Positions 47,578 to 57,064 of a stretch of DNA of 64,000 bases are shown here, in pieces. The position numbers and the translations under genes were made by a program. The notes beneath the pieces are model-generated. The model saw only the letters and a list, made by a program, of their open reading frames with translations. It had not been told where the DNA came from and searched no databases. Origin of the DNA: Spirochaetia bacterium. GTDB lineage: Bacteria; Spirochaetota; Spirochaetia; UBA9216. Every line of letters begins with the position of its first letter. Position 1 is the first letter of the stretch. Location: NCBI GenBank assembly GCA_965140585.1, contig OZ223267.1, positions 288,001-352,000 of the forward strand. Direction: 5' to 3'.

Positions 47578-49059
47578 ATGAAAACTTCTTCAAAACAGGC
47601 ACTGATATCATTTAAAGATGTAAGCATCGTCAGTAAATCCGGACTTAAACTTGAAAAGATGAATTTTGAAATTCCTGCTTCAGGAATATTATGCATTTAC
47701 GGGCCTAACGGTTCCGGAAAGGGGCTTATAAGCGGTCTGATAGACGGCAGTCTTAAACCAGCCAGCGGCGAGCTGATTAGAAGTGCAGAAATTACCCGTT
47801 CCAGTGTTGTTACAGTGTCTCAGGCTGAACAGAAAAAGATCATGGATTATGAGCGATATTTTGATGACAGTGAGTTTATGCAAGGAGCAACGGATCCCGG
47901 AAGAAGTGTAAGAAAGATAATACTTGAAAATATTACAGAAGATGGAAGGATAGCCTTTGAAGAACTGTCTGAAAAGCTCGGAATGGAAAAAATTCTTGGG
48001 CGTGGACTGAGATTTCTTTCAACCGGTGAATTCAGAAAGACAATGATTCTCAGGGGAGCATGTTCATCGCCTGAAATTCTGATTCTTGACGATCCATGCA
48101 CTGGACTTGATATTACCTCACGTGAAGAGCTGCACAGTCTAATTCCTCATCTGCTTGATTATGTCCGGACTGTTATTATTTTTACAGGGCGGTCACATGA
48201 TATTCCTGAATGTGCGGACAGAATCCTCAGAATTGAAAATAGCACTGTGTCTGTTGTTGATGATCGAAGCGGGCTTACCGTAAAATCTTCAGAAATAAGA
48301 AAAGACGGTCTTGAAGCACTTATTGATAATTCTGCAGAAAAGACTGACAGCCAGAAAACTTCTGAACTGATATCGATGACAAATGTAAATTTAAGCTACT
48401 ATGAGGTGCCTATTCTTAAGGATATCAACTGGAGTGTAAAGGCAGGAGAGCACTGGAAACTGAGCGGTCCAAACGGCTCCGGCAAAACCACATTGCTGAG
48501 CCTTATAAATGGAGACAACCCTAAGGCTTACGGACAGGATATTTATCTCTTTGGAAGGAAAAAGGGTTCCGGTGAAAGTATCTGGGATCTAAAAAAGGAA
48601 ATAGGCGTTGTCTCCGGAGCGCTTCAGCATAGTTATCGAATCAGACAGACTGTCATGGAAGTTATTATGTCAGGTTTTTTTGATACTATCGGATTGTATG
48701 ATAAGCCTGAGCTTCACCAGCGAGAAATGGCAGAGAAATGGTGCCGGGGACTCGGTATTATAGAATACAGAGACAGGGAATTTCCCGGTCTTTCCGCCGG
48801 TATCGCCAGAGTAGCGCTTATTGCTAGGGCTATGGTCAAAAAACCGGAACTGCTGATTTTTGATGAACCCTGTCAGGGGCTGGATGATGAAAATTCCAGA
48901 TTTATTCTTGATGCGGCTGAAGCCATAATCAGCAGCCGTCATTCGACTCTGCTTTATGTCAGTCATGATACAGATTTTCAGCTTAAGGGAATTACCCATA
49001 ATCTTCAGCTTGTTCCGCATCCTGACGGCGGCTCGACCTGTGAAATCAGTATGAACTGA
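47578..49059 (+). CDS. modF: Double ABC ATPase, ModF-like
   Basis: GPNGSGK twice, LSTGE.RK, GRKKGSGESIWDLKK.IG, DEPCQGLD. Confidence 0.85.
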   Translation: MKTSSKQALISFKDVSIVSKSGLKLEKMNFEIPASGILCIYGPNGSGKGLISGLIDGSLKPASGELIRSAEITRSSVVTVSQAEQKKIMDYERYFDDSEFMQGATDPGRSVRKIILENITEDGRIAFEELSEKLGMEKILGRGLRFLSTGEFRKTMILRGACSSPEILILDDPCTGLDITSREELHSLIPHLLDYVRTVIIFTGRSHDIPECADRILRIENSTVSVVDDRSGLTVKSSEIRKDGLEALIDNSAEKTDSQKTSELISMTNVNLSYYEVPILKDINWSVKAGEHWKLSGPNGSGKTTLLSLINGDNPKAYGQDIYLFGRKKGSGESIWDLKKEIGVVSGALQHSYRIRQTVMEVIMSGFFDTIGLYDKPELHQREMAEKWCRGLGIIEYRDREFPGLSAGIARVALIARAMVKKPELLIFDEPCQGLDDENSRFILDAAEAIISSRHSTLLYVSHDTDFQLKGITHNLQLVPHPDGGSTCEISMN

Positions 49060-49102
49060 TTTTATCTGAAATTCAAAAATTTATAAAAAACTTAAATATC
49101 TC

Positions 49103-49129
49103 TAAACTGCCTTTTTTAAATTCCGATGA
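49103..49129 (+). promoter_or_regulatory. Sigma28 promoter of flgN-flgK-flgL-fliW-csrA
   Basis: TAAA-N15-TCCGATGA. Confidence 0.7.
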
Positions 49130-49149
49130 TTAAAAAGAGGTATTATCTG

Positions 49150-49650
49150 ATGACTATTAACATACTGAGCGAAAAACTTGCAGATCTCATGGAGAAGGAA
49201 ACGGATCTTATTGAAACCATAAGTACCGAGGAACAGCTTCTCCAGAAAACCCTCGCAGAAAAGAACTGGTCTGAATTGGAAAAAGTTATCTGCAGACTTT
49301 CACCGCTTTCAGCTAAGGTTGAAAAAATTGAATCTGATCGCGAAAAAGTTTTCAATACACTCATGGATGCCTGCGGTAAAAAGGAATCTGAAGGCTTTTA
49401 TGCTGTCGCGATGTACATGGAAGGCGATGTAAAAGAACGCTGTATGGCCTCATACAGAAAACTTAAAGTATCTCTTTTGAAAGTTCAAAGTATAACCGGA
49501 AGTATTGATCAGTATGTTAAGAACGTTGGAAATACAACACAGAAAATTTTAAGTGAAATCTTTCCGTACAGGAAAGGAAGTATATATTCCAGTCGCGGAG
49601 GTACCAGGCCGGTGCACAGCGACCCGATGGTGTTTAACAGGCACTTCTAA
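49150..49650 (+). CDS. flgN: Flagellar export chaperone FlgN
   Basis: Helical protein with C-terminal Y...G motif, directly upstream of flgK; SD GAGG. Confidence 0.75.
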   Translation: MTINILSEKLADLMEKETDLIETISTEEQLLQKTLAEKNWSELEKVICRLSPLSAKVEKIESDREKVFNTLMDACGKKESEGFYAVAMYMEGDVKERCMASYRKLKVSLLKVQSITGSIDQYVKNVGNTTQKILSEIFPYRKGSIYSSRGGTRPVHSDPMVFNRHF

Positions 49651-49661
49651 AGGAGAAGAGC

Positions 49662-51539
49662 ATGCAGTCAACCTTTTCAGGAATTGAGTTGGGAAAACGC
49701 GGTCTTGTATCTCATACAACAGGACTTCAGACTATAGGACATAACGTAACCAATGCCTCAGTAGAAGGCTATTCACGGCAGAGAGTAGAGATGGGGGCTG
49801 TGGATCCGCTTTATGTACCCGGACTCAACAGAGAGAACACTCCCGGACAGATCGGACAGGGTGTTGAAGTTACAAGAATAGAAAGAATCCGTGACATGCT
49901 TCTTGAAAACAGAATAGTCGGGCAGGGCAGTGATGTCGGCTGGTGGGAAACCCGTGATAAATACATCCTGATGGTTGAGCAGGTATACAACGAGCCGACA
50001 GAGTCTTCATTAAGAACGAGGATGGACAAATTCTGGGAATCATGGCAGGAACTCTCCCTCCACCCGGATGAACTTGCCTCACGTCAGGCAGTTCTTGAAC
50101 GTGGAGAAGCTCTGAATAACAGTATTAACTCACGCTACGAGTCACTTGCAGAGATTCGTACAATGCTTAATGAAGATGTACAGGTTACTGTAGATCGGGT
50201 TAACGCGATACTCGATAAAATATCAGCTGTTAATGAGCAGATTGTCAAAGTAGAAGCAATGGGAGACAACCCAAATGATTTATACGATCAGCGTGACCGT
50301 CTGGTTCGTGATATGTCATCAATAATCGATATCTCGACCGATGGACGTGATCCTGATGAATTTACTATTCATACCGGCGGCCTGCATCTAATGCAGGGAA
50401 AGCTCAAACATACACTTGATGCTGTTGCCAATCCGCAGAATGACGGATACCTTGATGTCGTCTGGGCCGATAACGGAGAAAGGGCATATTTTTCTTCCGG
50501 AAGCCTTCCCGCTCTTGTTGAGCTTCGCGATGGAGATGTCCGTTCTGAAATACAGAATCTCGATATGATGGCAGTTAACTTCGTTGATCTTGTAAATGAA
50601 ATTCACAGTAACGCCTGGGGACAGAATGGAAAAACAGGTACTGATTTTTTCAAGGAATATCCTTTTATAAATAATCTTGCCGGAAATTATGACCGGAATG
50701 GCGACGGTGCCTATGATTCAAGCTGGATCTTTAGAATGAACGGTGCCAACAGCCTTGAAGCTCAGGAGCAGATAGGCATAAGAGGTACAATTACGCTTAG
50801 TGCATCGGAAGGTAATAAAACTATCGATTACTTTCCAACAGACAGTGTTCAGGATGTTATAGACCGTATTAATTATTCAGGAAGTGAAGTTACAGCCGGG
50901 TTGAATATGTTCAACCAGCTTACTCTCAAGGGAACTCCGTCAGATGCTATAGATAATCCCGATTTCGTTATCCGATATGTTGAAGATTCAGGCAGCTTTC
51001 TCACAGGATACGCTGGAATACTTGCTGGCTCAGGTCCGGAAGGTGCGTACAGCTGGGAAACAGCAGATGCAGTGAATCAGCTTAGAACCGGTGAAGCAGG
51101 GTACGCCGTAGCTCCGCTCTCTCACCCCTCAGGCTACATGGAACTCACCAATGCAGTTAAAAATGATCCCGGTTCGATTGCAGCCGGATTCGGCGAGAAC
51201 GGAAGAGCTGCAATGCCCGGCGATGGTACTGCAGCACTGGCGATAGCATCGCTGCGCAACAGTTCGGTGATGATTGGTGATGTTCCCGGATTTGATGAAT
51301 ACTTCTCCGCCACTGTAGCTGATATCGGGCTCAGAGGTGAAACCGCCGAGCGTTCACTTGAAACAGAAGAAATAATTATGAAAGAGCTTTCAGATATGCA
51401 GGAATCAATATCAGGTGTAAATATGGATGAGGAACTTGCAGAGATGATAAAATTTCAGCACGGTTATTCCGCTGCTGCGAAGGTAGTTAATACCTTTGAT
51501 GAAATGCTCGATACAATAATCAACAGGATGGGGGTATAA
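49662..51539 (+). CDS. flgK: Hook-associated protein FlgK
   Basis: GHNVTNASVEGYSRQRV, GQIGQGV, PNDLYDQRD, ISGVNMDEE. Confidence 0.97.
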   Translation: MQSTFSGIELGKRGLVSHTTGLQTIGHNVTNASVEGYSRQRVEMGAVDPLYVPGLNRENTPGQIGQGVEVTRIERIRDMLLENRIVGQGSDVGWWETRDKYILMVEQVYNEPTESSLRTRMDKFWESWQELSLHPDELASRQAVLERGEALNNSINSRYESLAEIRTMLNEDVQVTVDRVNAILDKISAVNEQIVKVEAMGDNPNDLYDQRDRLVRDMSSIIDISTDGRDPDEFTIHTGGLHLMQGKLKHTLDAVANPQNDGYLDVVWADNGERAYFSSGSLPALVELRDGDVRSEIQNLDMMAVNFVDLVNEIHSNAWGQNGKTGTDFFKEYPFINNLAGNYDRNGDGAYDSSWIFRMNGANSLEAQEQIGIRGTITLSASEGNKTIDYFPTDSVQDVIDRINYSGSEVTAGLNMFNQLTLKGTPSDAIDNPDFVIRYVEDSGSFLTGYAGILAGSGPEGAYSWETADAVNQLRTGEAGYAVAPLSHPSGYMELTNAVKNDPGSIAAGFGENGRAAMPGDGTAALAIASLRNSSVMIGDVPGFDEYFSATVADIGLRGETAERSLETEEIIMKELSDMQESISGVNMDEELAEMIKFQHGYSAAAKVVNTFDEMLDTIINRMGV

Positions 51540-51544
51540 ACTGA

Positions 51545-52792
51545 ATGAAACGAATCAGTACCTACATGCCGAATGACGATATGCAGTACCGTATGCGGCT
51601 ACAGGAATGGAAGATGGGAGATCTTCAGTCGAAGATCGCAGAGCAGACCCGGGTTAAGGAACTACGTGATGATCCTATCGCTGCAGCTCATTCCACACGA
51701 TATCAATCCAAAATATCACGGTTGACAAGATTTACCGAGAATATTGAAACAGTGCAGAGTGATCACCGTATTGCGGAAGGCTATATCACCAGTGCAAATA
51801 ATATCCTGCTTAGAATTCGGGAGCTGGCCGTGCAGGGCGCCAATGATACATATTCAAAAGAAGACAAGTCCTATATGGCAGAAGAAGTTGATCAGCTGCT
51901 TAATGAACTTGTTGAAATATCAAATGCTACAAACGGGAACGGTCAGACCATTTTTGCAGGTGATAAAAATAAGGGGCTTGCATTCAGGGCGGATTCAGGC
52001 AATGTTCCAGGTGCTTCAGGTACAAGAATTACCTCCGTTGAATATACTGGAACTGTTAACAAGCAGGCTGCTGAAATTTCAGATCATAACCTTATTAATG
52101 TAGATTTTCCTGGAAACAGAGTTTTCTGGGCTGAGCAGCAGCAAATATTTTCATCTGTGAATGCTTCCGAATACAGGGCGCTTGAAGACTCATCAATTCT
52201 TATTGATGGAGAAAAAATTGAAATAAAATCCGGTGATAATATTCATGCAGTAATTTCGAGGATAAACAAGGCTGATATTGCGGTAAAAGCTTCTTTGGAT
52301 CCTGTCACAAGTTCAGTTATTCTTAAGTCTACCATGCCTCATCAGATATGGCTTGAAGACGGGGGTGATGGAACTGTTCTAAAAGATCTCGGAGTAATTT
52401 CCGCTTCAGCGGGCAGCCCTCCAGCCAACATCCATCGTGATGCTCGTGTTTCCGGCGGTTCATTATTTGATATGGTAATCAGTCTACGAGACAATCTATA
52501 TGCCGGAAATACTATCGATATAGGCGGAAAAGCTCTAAAAGGCCTTGATCTCGCTCACAACAACATGTTATCCGAACTTGCACGCCTTGGTGCCGAAGAT
52601 GAGAGAATGCAGGTAGTGAATGAACGCCTTTCTTATGAAATACCAAATATTCAGCAGATGGATTCCAATGCTGTAGATCTTGATTTTGCCGAAGCTATAA
52701 CTGAACTTAAAATGATGGAAAGGACTCAGCAGGCTACCCTGCAGACCGCTGCTAAAATATTAAAACCAACACTGCTGGATTATTTGAGGTAA
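51545..52792 (+). CDS. flgL: Hook-associated protein FlgL
   Basis: DDPIAA, RIRELAVQGAND, DLDFAEAI, PTLLDYLR. Confidence 0.95.
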   Translation: MKRISTYMPNDDMQYRMRLQEWKMGDLQSKIAEQTRVKELRDDPIAAAHSTRYQSKISRLTRFTENIETVQSDHRIAEGYITSANNILLRIRELAVQGANDTYSKEDKSYMAEEVDQLLNELVEISNATNGNGQTIFAGDKNKGLAFRADSGNVPGASGTRITSVEYTGTVNKQAAEISDHNLINVDFPGNRVFWAEQQQIFSSVNASEYRALEDSSILIDGEKIEIKSGDNIHAVISRINKADIAVKASLDPVTSSVILKSTMPHQIWLEDGGDGTVLKDLGVISASAGSPPANIHRDARVSGGSLFDMVISLRDNLYAGNTIDIGGKALKGLDLAHNNMLSELARLGAEDERMQVVNERLSYEIPNIQQMDSNAVDLDFAEAITELKMMERTQQATLQTAAKILKPTLLDYLR

Positions 52793-53253
52793 TGATGTTA
52801 ACAGTAAATACAAAGGCGTATGGAACAATTGAAGTTGATGAGCGCCAGAAGATAACTTTTTCAAATGGACTATTCGGTTTTGAAAACCTTCATGAATTTG
52901 TACTGCTCGATGCTCAGCAGCAGCCTTTTTACTGGTTGCAGTCTCTTGAAGTGAAGGAAACAGCCTTTGTAATGATAAATCCGGGAGTTTTCAGAACAGA
53001 TTACTATCCGGACATAATTTCAGCTGATATGGTTGATCTTCAGCTTGATAATCTTAAAGATCCTTCTGCTCTCATTTTTGCAATTGTAACTATCCCTGAG
53101 AACCAGCAGAAGATGTCTGCCAATCTGCAGGGGCCTGTTATCATCAATAAAGAAAAGAAAATAGGTAAACAGAGTATAACAATTGACTCCTGTTGGAAAA
53201 CGAAGCATTACATTCTTGAGGAACTTGCAGGATCAAGAGGTAAGGCATGCTGA
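52792..53253 (+). CDS. fliW: Flagellar assembly factor FliW (CsrA antagonist)
   Basis: [24 protein letters not shown]. Confidence 0.96.
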   Translation: MMLTVNTKAYGTIEVDERQKITFSNGLFGFENLHEFVLLDAQQQPFYWLQSLEVKETAFVMINPGVFRTDYYPDIISADMVDLQLDNLKDPSALIFAIVTIPENQQKMSANLQGPVIINKEKKIGKQSITIDSCWKTKHYILEELAGSRGKAC

Positions 53254-53480
53254 TACTTACCAGAAAAATAAATGAAAGCATCACCATTGGCGACAATATA
53301 GAAATTTCAGTAGTAGAGATCAAGGGCGATCAGGTTAAAATCGGAATTAATGCCCCTAAAGAAATAAAAGTATTTAGAAAAGAAGTTTATATGGCTATCC
53401 AGAAAGAAAATGAAGAAGCTGCGGCAAGCAGTGCTCTGGTACTTCCTGAAATTACAGATCTAATCCGTGATAAGGAATAA
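53247..53480 (+). CDS. csrA: Translational regulator CsrA
   Basis: [18 protein letters not shown]...[20 protein letters not shown], with C-terminal extension. Confidence 0.97.
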   Translation: MLILTRKINESITIGDNIEISVVEIKGDQVKIGINAPKEIKVFRKEVYMAIQKENEEAAASSALVLPEITDLIRDKE

Positions 53481-53485
53481 ATAAA

Positions 53486-54529
53486 TTATAGATCTTCTAA
53501 AATTTCAAGTGATTCAAGATCTTCATCATTTACCTGAGGAAGATCATCGGCAAGAGCCTGATAGATATCGTTAATAGGATCTGAAATATCAAGAAATACA
53601 TCAATCAGCCCCGGGTCAAAATGTGTTCCTGCTTCTGACTTCAAAATATCAACAGTTTTTTCGTGAGGAATAGCATCCTTATAGCTTCTTTTCATTCTTA
53701 TTGCATCGTAACAGTCGGCAATAGCTGTGATTCTTGCTGATAAAGGAATCAGGTTTTCCGCTAGTCCGAACATATATCCCGTACCATCCCACCATTCATG
53801 ATGTGAACGTGCAATTTCCCTTGCCATTTCATCTGGATAATTAGCCATAATCATCGCACCGTTTATGGTATGTTCTTTCATAATTACCCATTCATCATCA
53901 GTAAGGGAGCCTTTCTTATTCAATATATGATCAGGAGTGCCTATTTTTCCTACATCATGCATGGGTGCAAGAAAGTGAATATTTTCAATATAATCCTGGT
54001 TAATCATGTCGTATCCGGGTTTTCGATGAAGTTCTTCTGCAATTCTTTTTGCATAGGCTCCGACTCTCTTGATATGATTGCCGGTGTCATTATCCTTAAG
54101 CTTAGATGCTTCAAGCAGCCCAAGGTAAGTTTTTCTAAGAAGGGATTTATTCTCATCTGTAATGTCGTCAAGTATACCCAGCAGATTGGTTTGTTCAGCA
54201 TTTCCATGTTCAGTAGAGAAGGGCATTAAAAGCATATTTGCTGTGATTTTTGTAGTGTTACGTGAAAGCATGCCCACTCTGATTTTAGCAGAATATCCGT
54301 TTGAGCTGTTAAGCAGAATACGTGAAACGGTATCGAACGCTGATTCAATTTCAAGGGGGTAGAAATCTTCAGGCAGATAGTAATCCCTGAAAATCCTATT
54401 AGTCCATAAGATCTCAAGTCCGGAAGATAAAAATATTACCGGAAATGAAACATTCTCGTAAATATCAGCATGTCTATGAAAATTTTCAGTCAATTCTATG
54501 TACATCTCAGAACCCGCATAATCACCCAT
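53486..54529 (-). CDS. HD-GYP family phosphodiesterase with PAS-like N-terminus
   Basis: TGNHIKRV, HDVGKIG, HHEWWDGTGYM, ADCYDA. Confidence 0.88.
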   Translation of the reverse strand: MGDYAGSEMYIELTENFHRHADIYENVSFPVIFLSSGLEILWTNRIFRDYYLPEDFYPLEIESAFDTVSRILLNSSNGYSAKIRVGMLSRNTTKITANMLLMPFSTEHGNAEQTNLLGILDDITDENKSLLRKTYLGLLEASKLKDNDTGNHIKRVGAYAKRIAEELHRKPGYDMINQDYIENIHFLAPMHDVGKIGTPDHILNKKGSLTDDEWVIMKEHTINGAMIMANYPDEMAREIARSHHEWWDGTGYMFGLAENLIPLSARITAIADCYDAIRMKRSYKDAIPHEKTVDILKSEAGTHFDPGLIDVFLDISDPINDIYQALADDLPQVNDEDLESLEILEDL

Positions 54530-54544
54530 CTGCTTCGCTCCAAA

Positions 54545-55222
54545 TCAGGTTTTGTTTAAAATTTCAGCATCACTTAATCTGATGTACATCGGTCCAACAT
54601 TATCAGACTCTGCACCATACTCATTAAATTTTTGAAGACCGCATGCAATCATAGCCGAGGATACTCCAGGCTCATAATCAAGATCAAACATGAATCCATC
54701 ATCAAGTGTTTTATATTTGTCTGTAATGCGTTTATGAAAAATTTCGGCACCGGGACCGCAGAAAAGTATGTTGTCACTGACTCTGCATATATTCAGTATA
54801 CTCTCAGCGTCATGATCGTAGTAATCCGATGTTTTTATTGAATTTCGGAATAGTGCAGTATAAAAATTTGATTTTCTGGCATCGATCAGAGGAACTGTTA
54901 TGCCTTTAAAATATTTATGTCTGTAAGCAATTACGTCAAGCAGTGAGACTGCAACGTAGGGTATTTTACTGCCCGCAGCAAGACCTTTCGCTGTTGACAT
55001 TCCTATTCTAAGTCCGGTAAAAGATCCTGGACCAAGTGAACAGACCATAAGATCAAGATCTGAAAATTTAAATCCGGAATCTGACAGTAAACTCTGAATA
55101 TCAGTTGTAAGGTTTTCAGAATGTTTAAGACTGTTACTTCGGTTTATTTCTGAAAAAGTCTTATCTGTTTTTAGTCCTACAGACAAATTTTCTGTTGATG
55201 TATCAAATGCCAGTATATTCAT
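54545..55222 (-). CDS. tsaB: t6A biosynthesis protein TsaB
   Basis: ILAFDTS, GPGSFTGLRIG, IDAR, P.YIR. Confidence 0.95.
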   Translation of the reverse strand: MNILAFDTSTENLSVGLKTDKTFSEINRSNSLKHSENLTTDIQSLLSDSGFKFSDLDLMVCSLGPGSFTGLRIGMSTAKGLAAGSKIPYVAVSLLDVIAYRHKYFKGITVPLIDARKSNFYTALFRNSIKTSDYYDHDAESILNICRVSDNILFCGPGAEIFHKRITDKYKTLDDGFMFDLDYEPGVSSAMIACGLQKFNEYGAESDNVGPMYIRLSDAEILNKT

Positions 55223-55644
55223 AATTCAAAACCTGTTAACTCCACAATACGTTCGCCTCCGGATTCAATTTCAATTACTATCCTTATTATATCTTCCGGA
55301 AGAAGATCTCCTGCTTTTTCACTCCATTCAATTATAGATAATCCATTTCCATAAAGCAATTCATCGGCTCCGAGCAGATAAAATTCTTCAAGATTATCCA
55401 GACGATAGAGGTCCATATGATATAGCGGAATTCTGCCGTTATAGTATTCATTTATAATAGTAAAACTCGGGCTTGTAACAGTTTTCTTTATTCCGAGACC
55501 TGCAGCAATACCTTTGGTCAATGTGGTTTTTCCAGCAGCCAGTCCACCGTCAAGCGCTATTATCATACCGGGTTCTACACACGAGGATATTTTTTTTCCG
55601 AGGGATATCATCTCATCCGCGGATGGTATTTGGAATTTATTCAG
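55219..55644 (-). CDS. tsaE: t6A biosynthesis ATPase TsaE (probable CTG start; ORF track extends to 55686)
   Basis: GGLAAGKTT, VTSPSF, HMDLYRL, IIEW. Confidence 0.93.
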   Translation of the reverse strand: MNKFQIPSADEMISLGKKISSCVEPGMIIALDGGLAAGKTTLTKGIAAGLGIKKTVTSPSFTIINEYYNGRIPLYHMDLYRLDNLEEFYLLGADELLYGNGLSIIEWSEKAGDLLPEDIIRIVIEIESGGERIVELTGFEL

Positions 55645-55900
55645 AGAAAAATCCTTCCTTATGCTTAGTAAGTATGTACTGTTCAAGTTCGTTTTTACAG
55701 TCTATCAAAGCAGCTTCTTTTGCATCTGTAAAATGTATGTAGACAGACAGCATTCCCAGTGCATTTTTTTCAAGAATAATCTCAATTTTGCATTCTTTGG
55801 TATCTTTTATGTCTGAATATACAAGAACCCCATGGTATTCATTGATATAATGAATTGGTGAATCTTTGCGTACTATATTTTTTAATTCAATGAAATTCAT
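55637..55900 (-). CDS. Small hypothetical protein
   Basis: 87 aa, strong SD GGAGG, ILEKNALG motif, upstream of tsaE. Confidence 0.75.
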   Translation of the reverse strand: MNFIELKNIVRKDSPIHYINEYHGVLVYSDIKDTKECKIEIILEKNALGMLSVYIHFTDAKEAALIDCKNELEQYILTKHKEGFFSE

Positions 55901-55936
55901 CCCTTCCTCCGCAGAATTCTATATATATTATAAAGA

Positions 55937-57064
55937 TCAATAATCATAAATGAAAGAGTTTATACTATTTAGATTTTTTTGTGTAACCTTGGTGAACATA
56001 ATATGCATTGTTCCTCCAAGTGGAGACCCCTTTCTAAAGTTTATAACCTTTCCGAAGCACCATATTGAAGAACTATCACCCGTTTCAAACTGCAGCTTTA
56101 TCAAACCGCCTTTTAATACCGGCTTAGTTGATTTTACTGCACATCCGCCTGCCGATACATCAATAAGCGTACCAAGCGAACCTCTGTCGGTTTCAACTAT
56201 TGCCCTTTTTTTTGCTTTTTTTCCAACACCTACAGGAATTACTTTTACCGGATAGAAATATGCCGGCCGGCTGAGTTCTTTTCGTCTGAACCTTCTCTGC
56301 TGGGCTTGTTTAACCTTTCCTGAATGCTGAAGAAGTACACTGGGCATCCCCTTGATATTACTGTATCCGGTGACCTTTGAATCAAATGAAAAACCCTGGC
56401 CGTTTTTCTTCCAGAAAAACACTTTTACAGGAGTCCATTTTTTCCATTTGATTTCTGAACCGAATGAATCAACGGGAAGGGTAGCGCTGAGATAATTCTT
56501 AAGATTGGCGTTTATCTTGGATTGATACCTTCCGCCGTTTTCAGGTGTTATTGCAATATGCTGACCGGTAGGAATGGCTCCGGTTGCCGAGAAGCTTTTA
56601 CCCTTTCCTACATTTCTTTCAATGGCCTGTTTTATTCTGTATACAGTCGTTTTCTGAGCTTCTTTCACCTGTTCTGATGCAACCTGATGTTCAATTTCCT
56701 GAATAGCCTTTCTTAGAAGAGAATCCAGATGACTGGAGTGTGTAAAAACCAGATTAGGATTTGAAGGTTTATAGTTTTCTACTAAATTTACAAGAGTATT
56801 TGCCTGCACTTTTGATAAACCGAGACGCATGGCTCTTTTATGAAATGTCCGCTTGTTAAATTTTCGAGGAACAGGTTTTCTGCCGCTTCCTCTGCTATAT
56901 GAGCTGCTGCTTCTGCTTGAAGATGATGGTTTAATACGGCTTGCAAGTACCATCGCTACAATGATGGCAACAAGTACTATTAGTATAGTCCAGCTTTCAC
57001 CCGGATCACCCTTCTGAATGGATGGCAGAATTTTCTGTAATAAAGGTAAATTTACCATCAACAT
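55937..57064 (-). CDS. Membrane-anchored PilZ-domain c-di-GMP receptor (YcgR/flagellar brake-like)
   Basis: N-terminal TM; QRRFRR (RxxxR) and DVSAGG (DxSxxG). Confidence 0.85.
   Translation of the reverse strand: MLMVNLPLLQKILPSIQKGDPGESWTILIVLVAIIVAMVLASRIKPSSSSRSSSSYSRGSGRKPVPRKFNKRTFHKRAMRLGLSKVQANTLVNLVENYKPSNPNLVFTHSSHLDSLLRKAIQEIEHQVASEQVKEAQKTTVYRIKQAIERNVGKGKSFSATGAIPTGQHIAITPENGGRYQSKINANLKNYLSATLPVDSFGSEIKWKKWTPVKVFFWKKNGQGFSFDSKVTGYSNIKGMPSVLLQHSGKVKQAQQRRFRRKELSRPAYFYPVKVIPVGVGKKAKKRAIVETDRGSLGTLIDVSAGGCAVKSTKPVLKGGLIKLQFETGDSSSIWCFGKVINFRKGSPLGGTMHIMFTKVTQKNLNSINSFIYDY

Noticed and set aside
47578-49059. Molybdate transport system
   Set aside because: Only a modF-like ATPase is present, with no modABC; ModF function is not established as transport
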